Origin: Leucoraja ocellata
Taxonomy: Eukaryota
Direction of reading: 5' to 3'
Length of the DNA: 64,000 nt
NCBI GenBank assembly: GCA_036785375.1
Contig: JAWMAR010000016.1
Location: 8,060,001 to 8,124,000, forward strand
Shown here: positions 25,990 through 38,980 of the stretch, one piece after another
How the letters are laid out: each line of letters opens with the position of its first letter
How positions within the stretch are numbered: position 1 is the stretch's first letter
Translations under genes and position numbers: made by a program
Notes under the pieces: generated by a model
The model's database searches: none
Told to the model about the DNA's origin: nothing
What the model saw: only the letters and a program-made list of their open reading frames with translations

Positions 25990-27936
25990 TTATTCGCCTG
26001 CATTTGTCCCACATCCCACTAAACCGATCCTATCAATGTACCTGTCCAAGTGTCTTTTAAATGCTGTTATTTTATTTGATTTATAATCATCTCAATGATA
26101 AAATAGAAAATAAAATAGTTGGATCTGGTATATGTATCAATATATCACTGGCCAATGTTAAAGGCTTACTGAAAGTATATGTACGCAGAGTAATAAAATG
26201 AGAATTACGATCTGGGCAAAAGGTTTGTTTGCACAACTCCAAAAAGTTTATTGAATGGATAAACTACCGGAATAGTCCAAAAATCACGGCATCACCAGCA
26301 AGCCATGTTCTTTCAGCGATTTATCTCCTATCAGGATCACCTAACTTAGCTTACTGCATCTCAATGGGCCCCATTGTTCAACAATGGAGGATAGAGTTTC
26401 TCCATTGGACTATGGCAGACTATCTTTGATCAGACTTTACTGGACTTTATTTTGCACTAAATGTTAATCCCTTTATCGTGTATTTGGATGACTCGATTGT
26501 AATCACACATTATCTTTCCACTGACTGGTTAACATGCAACAAAGGCTTTTCACTGTACCTCAGTACGTGACAATATCTAAACTAAACTAAACTAAAGATT
26601 GCCACTGTTCTAGACCTACCTGTCCAGGGCCTTCTGATCCCATGGGGGCACTATTCCTCCCTGTCCCCTCCTCATCATTGTTGCTCGCATTCACTCAGTA
26701 GCAATACTCCCCAGTAACCTGCAGAGTGTTGCTTGCATCATGGCCTACGTCTTTACGGTCTTCCCCATGGAGATCCCTCCTGCTGGAGATCATTTCCGCA
26801 GAACCTGCAACATGTCTATTGGGAATGGCAGCCGGAATTGACAATGTTGATCTGCAAACCTTGCTCTTGTAGCATCTGTTCTTCTCACTGCTCATACTAA
26901 CAGCACCCGAGTGAGTCACAGAGCATGGATTGGTGCCAAGGGCGTGATATAGTACTGGGTGTACTGATTTAAAGCTGGGATGAATAAATTACCTGTCAAC
27001 ACCTGTCTTCATTTATCAGTTGGGTTTTGCATGCAGTCGGTGAATTAAAAATGCAATGAGCAAGTAGCAAGAGTGTTTGTGTTTTGCAGTAACTAAGGGG
27101 CAAAACCGAGAGGGAGAAGAGCAAAACTAGAGATGGCATCTCCAGACAGTGATACAAAGACTTCTAGAATATTTCAGAGGCTACATTACAGTTATGTTAC
27201 TCGACTAGCAACCAGAGTTGTGGACCATTCGTACAGGGTCATGAGTTCATGGCAGCTGGGAAAATAAAGTGAAGTAATTAAGTAAATCTGGATTATTTTC
27301 CTTAAGCAACGCCCGACTCAACAATATATGTACGGCATCCATTTTACTGAACTGGATAATAATTTCACTGTACCTTGCTAGATGTGATAATGAAGAACCA
27401 TTAAACCATTGATTAACCATGATTGTGTCATTTTATCTGAAAGATCACTTTGCTTCATGAATGTCCTGGGAAATAAATCTACCATTCTTGTCTGGTAATT
27501 GCTCGTAGAGGCCCATCACATATGACTGACATTTAATTGTTCAGATCAGGGGCAGTTAGTGATGGATAATAAATGTTGGTGTTGCTACAAGTGTCCACAT
27601 CATGCGAATGAATAAATAAAGAACATTGCTCAATGTGGCAGTGATCCAGCACGGTCATATTCAGGGTCAACCCACAGTCCTGACTATTCCCATGTACGGC
27701 ACAATGGATCCTTCTGGCCAGAGAGAGGGGAAATTAAACTGAACCATGGAAGCAAGGAGCCAGGGAATCAATTTGTGATGATCAAGTAGTTCCTGCAGGT
27801 ACATGAGAAATGTAGTTTAGTTTAGTTTAGGGATACAGCGCGGAAACAGGCCCCTCAGCCCACTGAGTCTGCGCAGCCCAGCGATCCCCGTACACTAGCA
27901 TTCCCCCACACAAGCTACATAACCTACAAGCCTGTA

Positions 27937-28149
27937 GGAATGAACTGCAGATGCCTGATTAAACCAAAGATAGACACAAAAAGCTGGAGTATCTCAGCGG
28001 GTCAGACAGCATCTCTGGAGAAAAGGAATAGGCGACTCTTCGGGTGGAGATCCTCTCAGTCTGAAGATGGGTCTCGGCCTGAAACGTCACGCATTTATTT
28101 TCTCCAGAGATGCTGCCTGACATGCTGAGTTACTCCAGCTTTTTGTGTC
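27937..28149. mobile_element. Penelope-derived fold-back unit
   Basis: Inverted terminal-repeat pair. TSD AACCTACAARCCTGTA at 27921-27936 and 28150-28165. Confidence 0.8.
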
Positions 28150-28666
28150 AACCTACAAACCTGTACGTATTTGGAGTGTGGGAGGAACTGGAGCACCCGG
28201 GGAAGACCAACGCCATCCCATTTGTACGTCCGATACAACCCTACATCACACGTCATTCACAACATAACCACACCACATTAAGAGCATTGCTGAAGAAAGT
28301 AGACACAATTAATAGCAATGACCATGACTCGAACCTCTTGAGACAACTAATTTTTAGTTTAATTTAGTTTAGAGATGCAACATTGAAACAGGCCCTTAGG
28401 CCCACCCAGTCCGCACCAACCATCGATCAGCCCTTCACATCGGTTCTATGTAATCATATGCATCATACCTCCAGACTCAGAAACAGCTTCATTCCCAGAG
28501 CTATAGCGGCTCTGAACCGGCCCTGCTGAGTGCCCCCCACCCCCCCTGGACTGTCTCCCTCGGATGGTCACGACACACAGCTTATTTATTTATTTTACTT
28601 TTCTTTTTCATCGGTTGGAGCTGCATACTAAATCTCGTTGCACTGACGTGCAATGACAATAAAATA

Positions 28667-28667
<1 letters not shown>

Positions 28668-28738
<71 letters not shown>
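28668..28738. repeat. (TTA)n microsatellite, tail of a Rex1-type 3' fragment (about 28455-28738)
   Basis: Directly visible after tgacaataaa. Confidence 0.9.
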
Positions 28739-28739
<1 letters not shown>

Positions 28740-29219
28740 ATGTTCTCATCCACAAAGGGCAAATCACAGGCAATTAACCTGCAAGTCTTTGCAGGAAACT
28801 GGAGCACCTGGTAGAAATCCATGGGGTCTCAGGGAGAGCATGCAAACTCCACATAGATAACACCTGAGGTCAGGATTAAACCCGGGCGTCTGGCACTATG
28901 AGACTGTGCCAGAGTGCCACTTTGTCATTGAGAGAGATGCGACACTGAAGTAGGAAGCCTCAGTAATCATCATTGCCGAAGGCTTTATCAATTTTTTGAT
29001 CGCTGTAAATTGCCCTTAGTATGTAGGCGAGCGTTAGAATTGAGAGAAAGTAAGACACAGCTTTTGCATGTGGCTCCCTTTTCGAGTTAAATGAAAATAG
29101 ATGTGTTGGGGAGAAAAGATAAGGTGAGGGTTAGGGAAGGCCATGTGTGATTGATGGGACTACTGGTGATGACTGAGCTGCAGTTTATTTTGGGCTGGTA
29201 GTCCTCTCCTCCCTTGCTC

Positions 29220-29246
29220 CCTTATTTGGCGCCTGAGGTATTTTAA
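29220..29246 (+). promoter_or_regulatory. APOBEC2 proximal promoter: CArG box plus AT-rich TATA-like element
   Basis: CCTTATTTGG (29220-29229) is an exact CC(A/T)6GG match, followed by TATTTTAA (29239-29246), 75-100 bp upstream of the ATG. APOBEC2 is known to be expressed in striated muscle. Confidence 0.6.
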
Positions 29247-29321
29247 TGCGGCGGGGATTCCTCCCTCACTCAGTACCGAGCTGCCATCAGTCTGTGCACA
29301 ACACACTGACCTTGTCAAGCA

Positions 29322-29434
29322 ATGGCCGAGAAGAAGGCTGAAGAAGCGACCTCGCAGATTAACAATGAGGAAACAGCAGAGGGACAAGAAAATGTTGAAG
29401 AAACTGACCTGGGGCCTTTTGTAATAATCATTGG
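29322..29434 (+). CDS. APOBEC2: APOBEC2 coding exon 1 (MAEKKAEEATSQINNEETAEGQENVEETDLGPFVIIIG)
   Basis: ATG at 29322 (GCAATGG context). The acidic N-terminus ends in PFVIIIG, resembling human PPFEIVTG. The GG|GTAAGT donor at 29435 is phase 2 and joins exon 2 in frame (GG+A = Gly). Not in the ORF track because it is short. Confidence 0.92.
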
Positions 29435-29539
29435 GTAAGTGTTAAACTCTTTACACTTGGTGCACTGCACCCTAACCTTGAGATTCTAATGCTGACTAAC
29501 TACATGTTTGTGAAAAGCGTTAAAAGCTGTAAAACCTAA

Positions 29540-29894
29540 TCTGTAGGAAGGAACTGCAGATGCTGGTTTACACCGAAGATAGACACAAAATGCTGGAGCA
29601 ACTTAGCGGGACAGGCAGCATCTCTGGATAAAAGGAATGGGTGATGCTTTGGGTCAAGACCCATCTTCAGGCTGAGAATTAGGGGTCAGGGAAACGAGAG
29701 ATATGGAAGGTAAAGTGTGAAAATGAGGCACCAAAGGAGACGAAGGGGAAAAGACTCTACATTTTCCTTGATCTTCGTCCCCCTTTGATCTCTCAGTCTG
29801 AAGAAGGGTCTCGACCCGAAACATCACTCATACCTTCTATCCAGAGATGTTGCCTGTCCCGCTGAGTTACTCCAGCTTTTTGTCTCTATCTCCC
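29540..29894. mobile_element. Penelope-derived fold-back unit in APOBEC2 intron 1
   Basis: Inverted pair with TSD GTAAAACCTAA at 29529-29539 and 29895-29905. Confidence 0.8.
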
Positions 29895-31653
29895 GTAAAA
29901 CCTAAGCTGCGCTCCGCAGGTTAAGATTCTTGCAAAGGTAATCCACCGCTACCACATTGCCAACTCGACTATCATCCTTCTTTCCTATCTCAATATCAAC
30001 TGCACCTATACCCTCACGATCAGCCTCATGGGTTGGATTGCCCCACTCGCTTCTTCCCTCAACAACTACAGTACTGGTGTCTACATTGTGTCGGCATGTT
30101 GGGAAAGAGGTACAAATCAGACCAAAAACAGCTATAGGTTGAATGACCAATGCTACAGTATTGATAAAGGGATGATGGAAATAGTTGATATTTAGCCAGG
30201 ATGTCACAGTGGTGCAGTTGGAAGAGCTACTGCCTCACAGCTGGTAGAGACTGGGCTCGATCCTGACCTTGTGTGGAGTTTACATCTTCTCCCTGCATGG
30301 GATTTCTTCAGGTGCTCCAGTTTCCTCCTGCATCCTAAAGATGTACGGATTTGTAGGTTGATAGGTTTCCGTAACTTTCTCCTAGTGTGAAGGGAGTGGG
30401 ATAGCACGGAAATAGTATGAGCAGGTGATTGATTGATGGACAGCGTGGACCCAGTGGGCTGTTTCCGTGCTGCATCTTATGATTCAATCAATTATCACGG
30501 TCACAGCTTCACCCAGGAGGATAAATGATCCGATGGTCCATTGCATCCGTGCTGACATCAACACCCATTTACAGTAATCCTATGTTATTCTTCCCACATT
30601 CCAATCAATTCCGCCCGCGCTACACACAATCTATAGAGGCAAATCAGTCGACTAACCTGCACGTTTTAGGAAGGTGGGAGGAAACTAGACCATCTTCTGG
30701 TACACTGCAGGGAGCGTACAGTATGTTAACTCCACATAGGCAGCATCAGAGGTCAGGATTGAACCTGGGTTTCATGGAGTTGTGAGTGAGCTGTGTTACC
30801 AGCTGTGTTGCTTAGCCATTCCTATATTCTATAATAGATGGAAAAAAAATATGATCTAAGATCATGAAGCTACAGGGAAAGTTTATCACCGACAAGCAGA
30901 AAAAAATAATTCAGATTGCATGTGATACATGTATTAAATCTGAACCATAAAGCCCAGCTTTATTTAGGTAATATAAGTGAGTGAATTTCGATCAGTCGAA
31001 TTTGGCTTCATTTCATAATGGGTAGTAACTGCATTAAAACAAACACCATCGATTTGTTCTCTAATAGCACCAATCTTGAAGTATCTTTGTATGTCTGTAT
31101 GATGGACCTTCTGTTATTATTTATTGTCTAAGTATGGCATAGGTCAGTTTAGTGAGCACGCACAGCTCGCCTGCCAAAAGCTCTTATAAGGACACGCTGC
31201 CTCAGAATTCATCAGTCTGTGATGGGCATGTTCTGTGATGTTCTGACACATGTTGCCATTTGGAGAAACTCACAGCAGGAGCATTTATTTAGGAAAAATG
31301 GCCTCACAGAGTATATCAGAGTATGTAGTGTTACATGTGTTGAATGTACACAGCCACCAGTGACCTAAATATATACACACATATATATTGTATACGTCTC
31401 CAATGATTAATTTTATCTTAAGTATTCTGAAAGATGTCATCACTGCTATGAAAGGGCTATCTTTCTGTAATGCAATACATGTTTGAGCAGGTATAAATAT
31501 ATATATATACTGAGGGAAATTTAGCTCACAGCCTTTTTGGACAATTGCCATAATGTTAGATTACAGCAATACAGGTTTCAGGCTTTCACTCACTTGCACA
31601 TCCTGAGCAATATTGTTCATTGTGTGTGTTGGAGAGTTCATATGAATGTGTGT

Positions 31654-31654
<1 letters not shown>

Positions 31655-31689
<35 letters not shown>

Positions 31690-31740
31690 AAGAGAGGGAG
31701 GGGGAGGGGGAGATGGAGGGAGAGAGAAAGAAAGAGAGAG
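31655..31740. repeat. (GA)n-rich polypurine tract
   Basis: Directly visible. Confidence 0.9.
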
Positions 31741-32526
31741 ACTGAGTATTTATTGGATTGAGTGTCAGTTCTACAGCTGGTGGAGCTGCTGCCTGACGGC
31801 ATCAAACACCCAGGTTCAATCCTGACCTTGGTTGCTCTGTGTGAAGTTGCACGTTCTCCGTGACTGCGCGGGTTTCCTGAGTGTGATCTGGTTTCCCCAC
31901 ATCCCAAAATGTGCAGATTGTAGGTTAATTGTCCTCTATAAAATTGTCCCTAGTATGTAGGGAGTGGATGCCAAAATGAGATAATATGGAACTAGTGTGT
32001 ACGTTTGATCCATAGTCGGCATGGACTCGGTAGGCCAAAGGGCTTAGAGTCATAGATTCATAGAGTGATACAATGTGGAAACAGGCCTTTCAGCCCAACC
32101 TGCCCTCACCGGCCAACATGTCCCAGCTACATTAGTCCCACCTGCCCACATTTGGTCTATATCCCTCCAAACCTGCCCTATCCATAAACCTGTTTCTTAA
32201 ATGTTGGGATAGTCCCTGCCTCAACTACCTAGCTTTGTCTGAAAAAGTTATCCCTCAGGTTGCTATTAAATTTTTTCCACTTCACCTTAAATCTATGTCC
32301 TCTGGCTTGTTTCCTGGCATGCTGCATCTTTCAACCAATCAATGTGTCAGTATGTTCAAATAAATATTGAATATTAAATTAATATTTGAATATTAAATAG
32401 GGACACAAGATGCTGGAAGTTTGAGCATAAAACAAAATTCTGGAGGAAAGGAGTGTGTCAGGAAGCATCTGTGGAGCGAATGAAAAGATGACGCTTTGGG
32501 TCAGGACACTCCTAGACTGGTTGAGT

Positions 32527-33467
32527 TATATATTAATGATTTAGAAGATGGGATTAAAAGTAACACTAGCAAATTTGCAGGTGACACAAAGCTGGGTGGC
32601 AATGTGAACTCCGAAGAGGATACAAGGAGGTTGCAGGGTGACTTGGACAGGTTGAGTGAGTGGGCAGATGCATGGCAGACGCAGTATAATGTAGATAAAT
32701 GTGAGGTTATCCACTTTGGCAGCAAGAACAAGGAGGCAGATTATTATCTCAATGGTGTCAGATTAGGAAAAAGACAAGTGCAACAAGACCTGGGTGTCCT
32801 TGTACCGGTCACTGAAAGTAAACATGCAGGTAAAGCGCGCAGTGAACACAGCTTCATAACGAGAGAATGTTAGTGTCGGAGTAAAGAGGTCCTTCTGCAG
32901 TTGTACCGAGCCCTGGTGAGACCACATCTGGAGTATTGTGTGCAGTTTTGGGCTCTTAATTTGTGGAAGGACATTCTTGCTATTGAGGCAGTGCAGCGCA
33001 GGTTCACAAGGTTAATCCCCTGGAATGCAGGACTGTTATATGAGGAAAGATTGGAAAGACTGGGCTCGTATTTACTTGAATATAGAAGGATGAGAGGGAA
33101 TCTTATAAAATTATAAAAGGACTGGACAAGCAAGATGCAGGATAAATGTTCCCAATGTTGGGAGAGTCCAGAACCAGGGCCACAGTCTAAAAATAAAGGG
33201 GAGGCCATTTAAAACTGAGATAAGAAAATTCTTTTTCACCCAGAGAGTTGTGAATTTGTGGAATTCTCTGCCACAGAAGGCAGTAGAGGCCAATTCGATG
33301 GATGAATTAAAAAGAGAGTTAGATAGAGCTCTTGGGGCCAGCGGAATCAAGGGATATGGGGAGAAGGCAGGCACGGGTTATTGATTGTGGATGATCAGCC
33401 ATGATCACAATGAATGGCGGTGCTGGCTTGGACAAATGGCCTCCTCCTGCACCTACTTTCTATGTTT
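32527..33467 (+). mobile_element. CR1 LINE RT and 3' fragment
   Basis: YINDL...[23 protein letters not shown], and the 3' tail. Confidence 0.9.
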
Positions 33468-34611
33468 TCGAGGAAAACAAAACTGCATATGCTGGAAATT
33501 CTAATTAAAGGCCTTTTAAATCTCAGTTTCAGCATTGTTTTCCTACCTGTCTCCTCTTTATATTCATCTCCTATTTATACTTAATGCAGACAAATCAACT
33601 AACGAGGCAGACCTTCAACACCCTGAGCCAGCCTGCAGCATCACCAGTTGTGCATTCAGTATCTCTTTGTTCACGTCCTCGCACAGATATTCCCTCTGCT
33701 CTCTCCACCCCTCTCCTTCTCTGTGATTGAAAGCATTTCAACCCCTTCCATTGATGGAAGATGCTTTGGCCTGAAAATTTAAGACGGTTTTCCCTCCACA
33801 AAGGATATCTGAACGCCATGGTCTTTTGGCAATTTCTCATTCTCCATTTTCCCTGCTAGTCATCAGGTTTACTGTCTCCTCCTTCATCTACAGGAAGAGA
33901 TACCAATGAATCTACCATCTATAGATATGCAAGGGTGTCAATTCAGCTTCAGGAGTCTGGAGCGAGGATGTTTGTAAATTAAACTGGAAAGATATTTAAA
34001 AACAAGTATTTAATGAAACCATGAACATTTATTTCCCAAATTGTTTCTATGTGTTTATCATAAACTAGGATGTTTAATGAGTACTGTGGACATTTTGATT
34101 TTCCAACTAGTTCAGAAGACTGAATTATTAACATTAGTAAACTGATTTATGTCAAATGAGTTTTATAGTTAATGAAATAAATAAATAAACATACAACACT
34201 ATTCCATAAAAGTTTGTGAGCATTTTCTTTAATAATAATGAACCATTTTGTCCAGGGAGATTTTACAAAACGATTTAAAACCGTCTTCAAATCAATTAAA
34301 AGTGACTTTCCCGGTTTGCACCTGAAAAAAATCTAGTGTGATTTTCCTGCAGTTTGTAATGTTATTTAATCATTTAACTCTATCATCTAACACTGGGCCC
34401 ACTTCCACCATGAACAGTGAATTCCACAAAAATGGCAGACCAAGTATCCTTCACCAATTCCGTATAAATGAATTAAAGGCAAATGGAAACAACACATAAA
34501 GTAATAGTGTGGAAAGAAGCCCTTCAGCCCAACTTGCCCACACTGGCTAACATGTCCCAGCTACACTAGTCCCACCTGCCTGTGTTTGGTCCATATCCCT
34601 CCAAACCTTTT

Positions 34612-34817
34612 GTTTAAGAAGGAACTGCAGATGCTGGAAAATCGAAGGTACACAAAAATGCTGGAGAAACTCAGTGAGTGCAGCAGCATCTATGGAGCGA
34701 AGGAAATAGGCAACGTTTTGGGTCTGAAGAAGGGTTTCGGCACAAAACGTTGCCTATTTCCTTCGCTCCATAGATGCTGCTGCACCCGCTGAGTTTCTCC
34801 AGCATTTTTGTGTACCT
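34612..34817. mobile_element. Penelope-derived fold-back unit
   Basis: Near-perfect inverted arms with a 16-bp TSD TCCCTCCAAACCTTTT at 34596-34611 and 34818-34833. Confidence 0.85.
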
Positions 34818-35655
34818 TCCCTCCAAACCTTTTTTAGACTGAGATGTAGTCTGTGGTCATTCTTGGCAAATGTCAGTTTGGGTCCATTACTCATTTTTAA
34901 TTTTATAAATTGAGGTTTTCAGGATTATGAGATGGTTGACAGGGTAGATAAAGAAAAACCATACCTTCTGGGAATTGGTCAGCTACTTGAGATCATAGAT
35001 TCTAAAACCTTGGGAAAAGATCTTCTTGAGAACAGGATTTTACTTTTTAGCTGCTTCAGAGACCCTGAGAAACATGGTTGATCCTAATCTTAGGTGTTGT
35101 GTCAGGTTCACCTTGTGACAATGTTGGTTTCCCACAGGGGCTCTGCTTTCCCCAGCCCAGATCCCAAATACATGGGGATTGGTGGGTTGATTGTCTCTAT
35201 TATGTATGTGAGTGTCAGAACCCGAGGGAGTTTGTGGGAATGTAGAGATAATGCAAAGGGAATAGTGTAGGTAGTGCAAGTTGATGGTTGGCATGGATTT
35301 TGGGGGCTGAAGGGCCTGTTGTGCTGTTCCATTCTGTAATTCCTAGTATAAACATACTGGAAAGTATTTTAAAAGTGTGATTAAAATGCTGTTCAGAATG
35401 AGAAGTTTACAGGCAAGGGGGAAGTGGGGATGTTGAACTAAATATTATTGTTTATCCAAAGGGCCAACACAGGCACATTGGGTAAAATAGACTCCGCTGT
35501 GAGATTTTTGATCTTAGTAATTCAGTGTTGTCTTTCAGTTTTGTTCAACGTAAATGCTACAAAATTCAGTGTTCTGGAAATTGGAGTGTGGTGCTGGTTA
35601 TCTGTGTCCTCCTCAATTCCACACATGAACAAAAAGATATCATTGTAAATTGGTG

Positions 35656-36229
35656 ACAATAGGCAATAGGTGCAGGAGTAGGCCATTCGGTCCTTCGAGC
35701 CTGCACCGCCATTCAATGTGATCATGGCTGATCCCCAATCAGTACCTCGTTCCTGCCTTCTCCCCATATCCCGACTGCGCTATCTTCAAGAGCCCTATCT
35801 AGCTCTCTCTTGATAGCATCCAGAGAACCCCCCTCCACTGCCCTCTGAGGCAGAGAATTCCACAGACTCACCACTCTCTGTGAAAAAAAGTGTTTCCTCG
35901 TCTCCGTTCTAAATGGCTTACTCCTTATTCTAAAACTGTGGTCCCTGGTTCTAGACTACCCCAACATCGGGAACATGTTTCCTGCCTCTAGTGTGTCCAA
36001 ACCCTTAACAATCTTATATGTTTCAATGAGATACCCTCTCATCCTTCTAAACTCCAGAGTGTACAAGCCCAGCTGCCCCATTCTCTCAGCATATGACAGT
36101 CCTGCCATTCCGGGAATTAACCTTGTAAACCCATGCTGCACTCTCTCAATAGCAATAATGTCCTTCCTCAAATTAGGGGACCAAAACTGCACACAATACT
36201 CCAGGTGTGGTCTCACTAGGGCTCTGTAC
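35656..36229 (-). mobile_element. CR1 LINE 3' fragment
   Basis: [24 protein letters not shown]. Confidence 0.9.
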
Positions 36230-36394
36230 CACGTGATTTGTACCACTGCCATTTTCATTCATCTTGATGCACCAATGCAAGGAGGAACAAGGATAAGAGC
36301 AGTTGCATTTAATGAAATGTACATCGTTGCCCTAATTTCCCTTGGAATATCTATGACCTGCACCATCCATGGCCATTCTTGGAATAACAGGATT

Positions 36395-36690
36395 CCACCA
36401 GCCCTGTGAAGCCCTGATGCTGTTCTAGACCTGTGATAACTCTCCATGCTTGCGGCACTGCTCCATGCATGTGATGTTTCTCCAGATGCCTGCCACTTCT
36501 CCAGGCCTGTAACATTGCTCCTGGCATGTGGTGTTTCTCCACATGCATGGCACTTCCCCAGGCCCATGAGGTTGCTCAAGGCTTGTGAGGTTGCTCCAGA
36601 TGCATGCCACTTCTCCAGGCTCATAAGCTTGCTGTGATGCTTCTCCAGGTCTGTGATATTGCAGACCCATGAGAATGCTCAAGGCACATC
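36395..36690. repeat. Degenerate 57-bp minisatellite
   Basis: GcCACTTCtCCAGG anchors at 36492, 36549 and 36606. Confidence 0.75.
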
Positions 36691-38528
36691 CCAGACCACT
36701 GCTGAAAAACGACCTCAGGATCCTTCATAACAATTTAATTCCCGCATGGCCCACACCACCATCCCACTGCCCACAGTTCCATAATGTATCCTACCCTTTC
36801 GCAACCTCTCCACCAATACTCACCTGACCAAAGCTCCTCCAATTCCAAATCCTCCCATCGATTGCCCACCACTGATCCTCCTGCTTACCTACCAACCTAA
36901 ACCTTTCTTACTGATGGACATTGGCCACTACCGTTCCAAACCTTGATCCTCTCCCCATCTCCTGCCTTGGGCCAGAGCTACCCTCAGATTTTCATGTCCA
37001 CTGAAGTGTGTGCAAAGACTGCCTTCTTGTGCCATTGTGCAAGGCTCATTCAAAAGAGTGCAATTGGGATGTCAGTGAGGGGTTGGAGAAGGGGGGATGA
37101 AAGGAGGTTAACAAAACGTATGCTGGGCCACCATAACCCAACTAATGTGTCTTTGCAGGCGCCGGGCAATGCCTTCGCAGACACCACTGAGCAAATTGAT
37201 CTTCTTCTGAACCTGTGTTATGTGCGGGGGGAAAGGCCGGGCAGATTTCCCCTTTAATTCTGCCCTTCTTCCCTGTGTAGGCCAGGTGGTGAAGGGCGAC
37301 ATCAGTGCCTCCTCCTGTTGAGATAAGGGAAGTTAAAAATATATTTGAAATTCCATTTCTTTCAGCTGTGGCAATGAACACTGGAAAAACAGTCACAGGC
37401 TTCACTGGGGAAACATGTAGGGAGCGGCAGGGATCTGAAACAAGTACAACTGACTCTTGATCTGTCGGTGACACTAGAGTCATTGGGCTCATCTCACTGA
37501 TGTCATCTGAGCTGTTATATTATAATAAAGCCTTCAGAGTTGCCATTTGATCCTTTCATTCTTGCCACAGTACATAGTAGACAGTACATGTGCCAGAGGT
37601 TATGGGGAGAAGGCTGGAGAATGGGGTTAGGAGGTAGAGATAGATCAGCCATGAATGAATGGCGGAGTAGACTTGATGGGCCGAATTACCTAATTCTACT
37701 CGTTTCACTTATGAGTACTCTGACCACACGTGACAGGAATATTTGATGTATCAAAAAAAAATTATAGGTAATTATTTATCTGTCCATCACAAAGTGTACC
37801 ATTTATAAATTACATTAAAGCTCACTTGTTGTTTCTCATGTAGATACGCCAATCTCTTTCTCAGCCCCATCTCATAATTAGCATTGAGATAAATGCTAGT
37901 CAATGTGGGTTTGGTGATACTGGTTGTTTTCCAGGGCTATACTATTGCATGGAACATTTATCTTTGCTCATGTCAGAGACTCCCTTTCCTCACAGAAGAT
38001 TTCTGAAGTTAAAATATATCAGCAAAGAGAAATTATTGGATACATTTATTGGAGGACTTTTGATCAAAGGCTTCCAAAGGGCTTGCTCCTGTGTTGATTG
38101 ATGCTGTCGATGACTACAAAGTAAAAATGCCTTAGGCTTGTTAGCACTATATTGCAGGATTTTTAAAATAATGAACTGCTGAGGAACCAGATTGATGATT
38201 CTGGTGCCACATCAGCAGATTGATGGGTAGAAAATGTAACCTTTATTTAAAGGATGAAGGGGATTAGAGAATGATGAACCTGTTAGCCTTACACCTCTTA
38301 GTGGTAAAATGCTTGAATACGTCATTATGGTCATGTTCTAAGATCATTCCCAAGCTCTAAGTATGACGAGACAGAATCCACAGGGTTTTGAGGGGGTGGG
38401 GAATCAGGTTTGAGAAATCTAATAAAAATTTTAGAAGATTTATCAGACAGGGTAGATAAGAAAAAAAATCTGGATTTTTGAAAGACATTTGATAAGCTTG
38501 TAACATAAAATAGCTCAGAGAACAGTAA

Positions 38529-38980
38529 AGGGCCTGTCCCACGAGCATGCGACTGCATGTGGCAAGCGCGACCTAACGTGGTCGCTTGCGGCTTGCGGCC
38601 TCGCGGGGCCGGTCCCACTTCGATCGCCGGAGCCGTATGGAGTTGTGCGGAGATGGTCCCGACATCGCCCGGGGCTCTGAAAAACTGACTGTCCAAAAAT
38701 TCCGCGCGGCAACGGCCTGCCGGCCCGCAGCCGCATTGAGGCTGTACGCACCTCCTCGTACGGCCTCAATGCCGTACTTCCTTACGGACTTCGCTCGAAC
38801 TTCACGTCAACTCGTACGGGATCACTCGACCTCCGCGCGGCCTCCGCTTCTGGTTTGGTCGCGCTCGCCGCTTGCTCGTGGGACAGGCCCTGTACGGGGA
38901 TCACTCGATGTCCGCGCAACCCCCGCTTCCGGTTTGGTGGCGCTTGCCGCATGCAGTCGCATGCTCGTGGGACAGGCATT
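38529..38980. mobile_element. PIF/Harbinger-like MITE with duplicated right end
   Basis: TIR AGGGCCTGTCCCACGAGCATGCGACTGCATG...CATGCAGTCGCATGCTCGTGGGACAGGCATT with TAA/TAG flanks. An extra internal terminus ends near 38891. Confidence 0.8.

Noticed and set aside
28628-28822. Poly-Ile ORF (also the poly-Asn/Ile ORFs at 15898-16359)
   Set aside because: Trinucleotide tails of retroelements.
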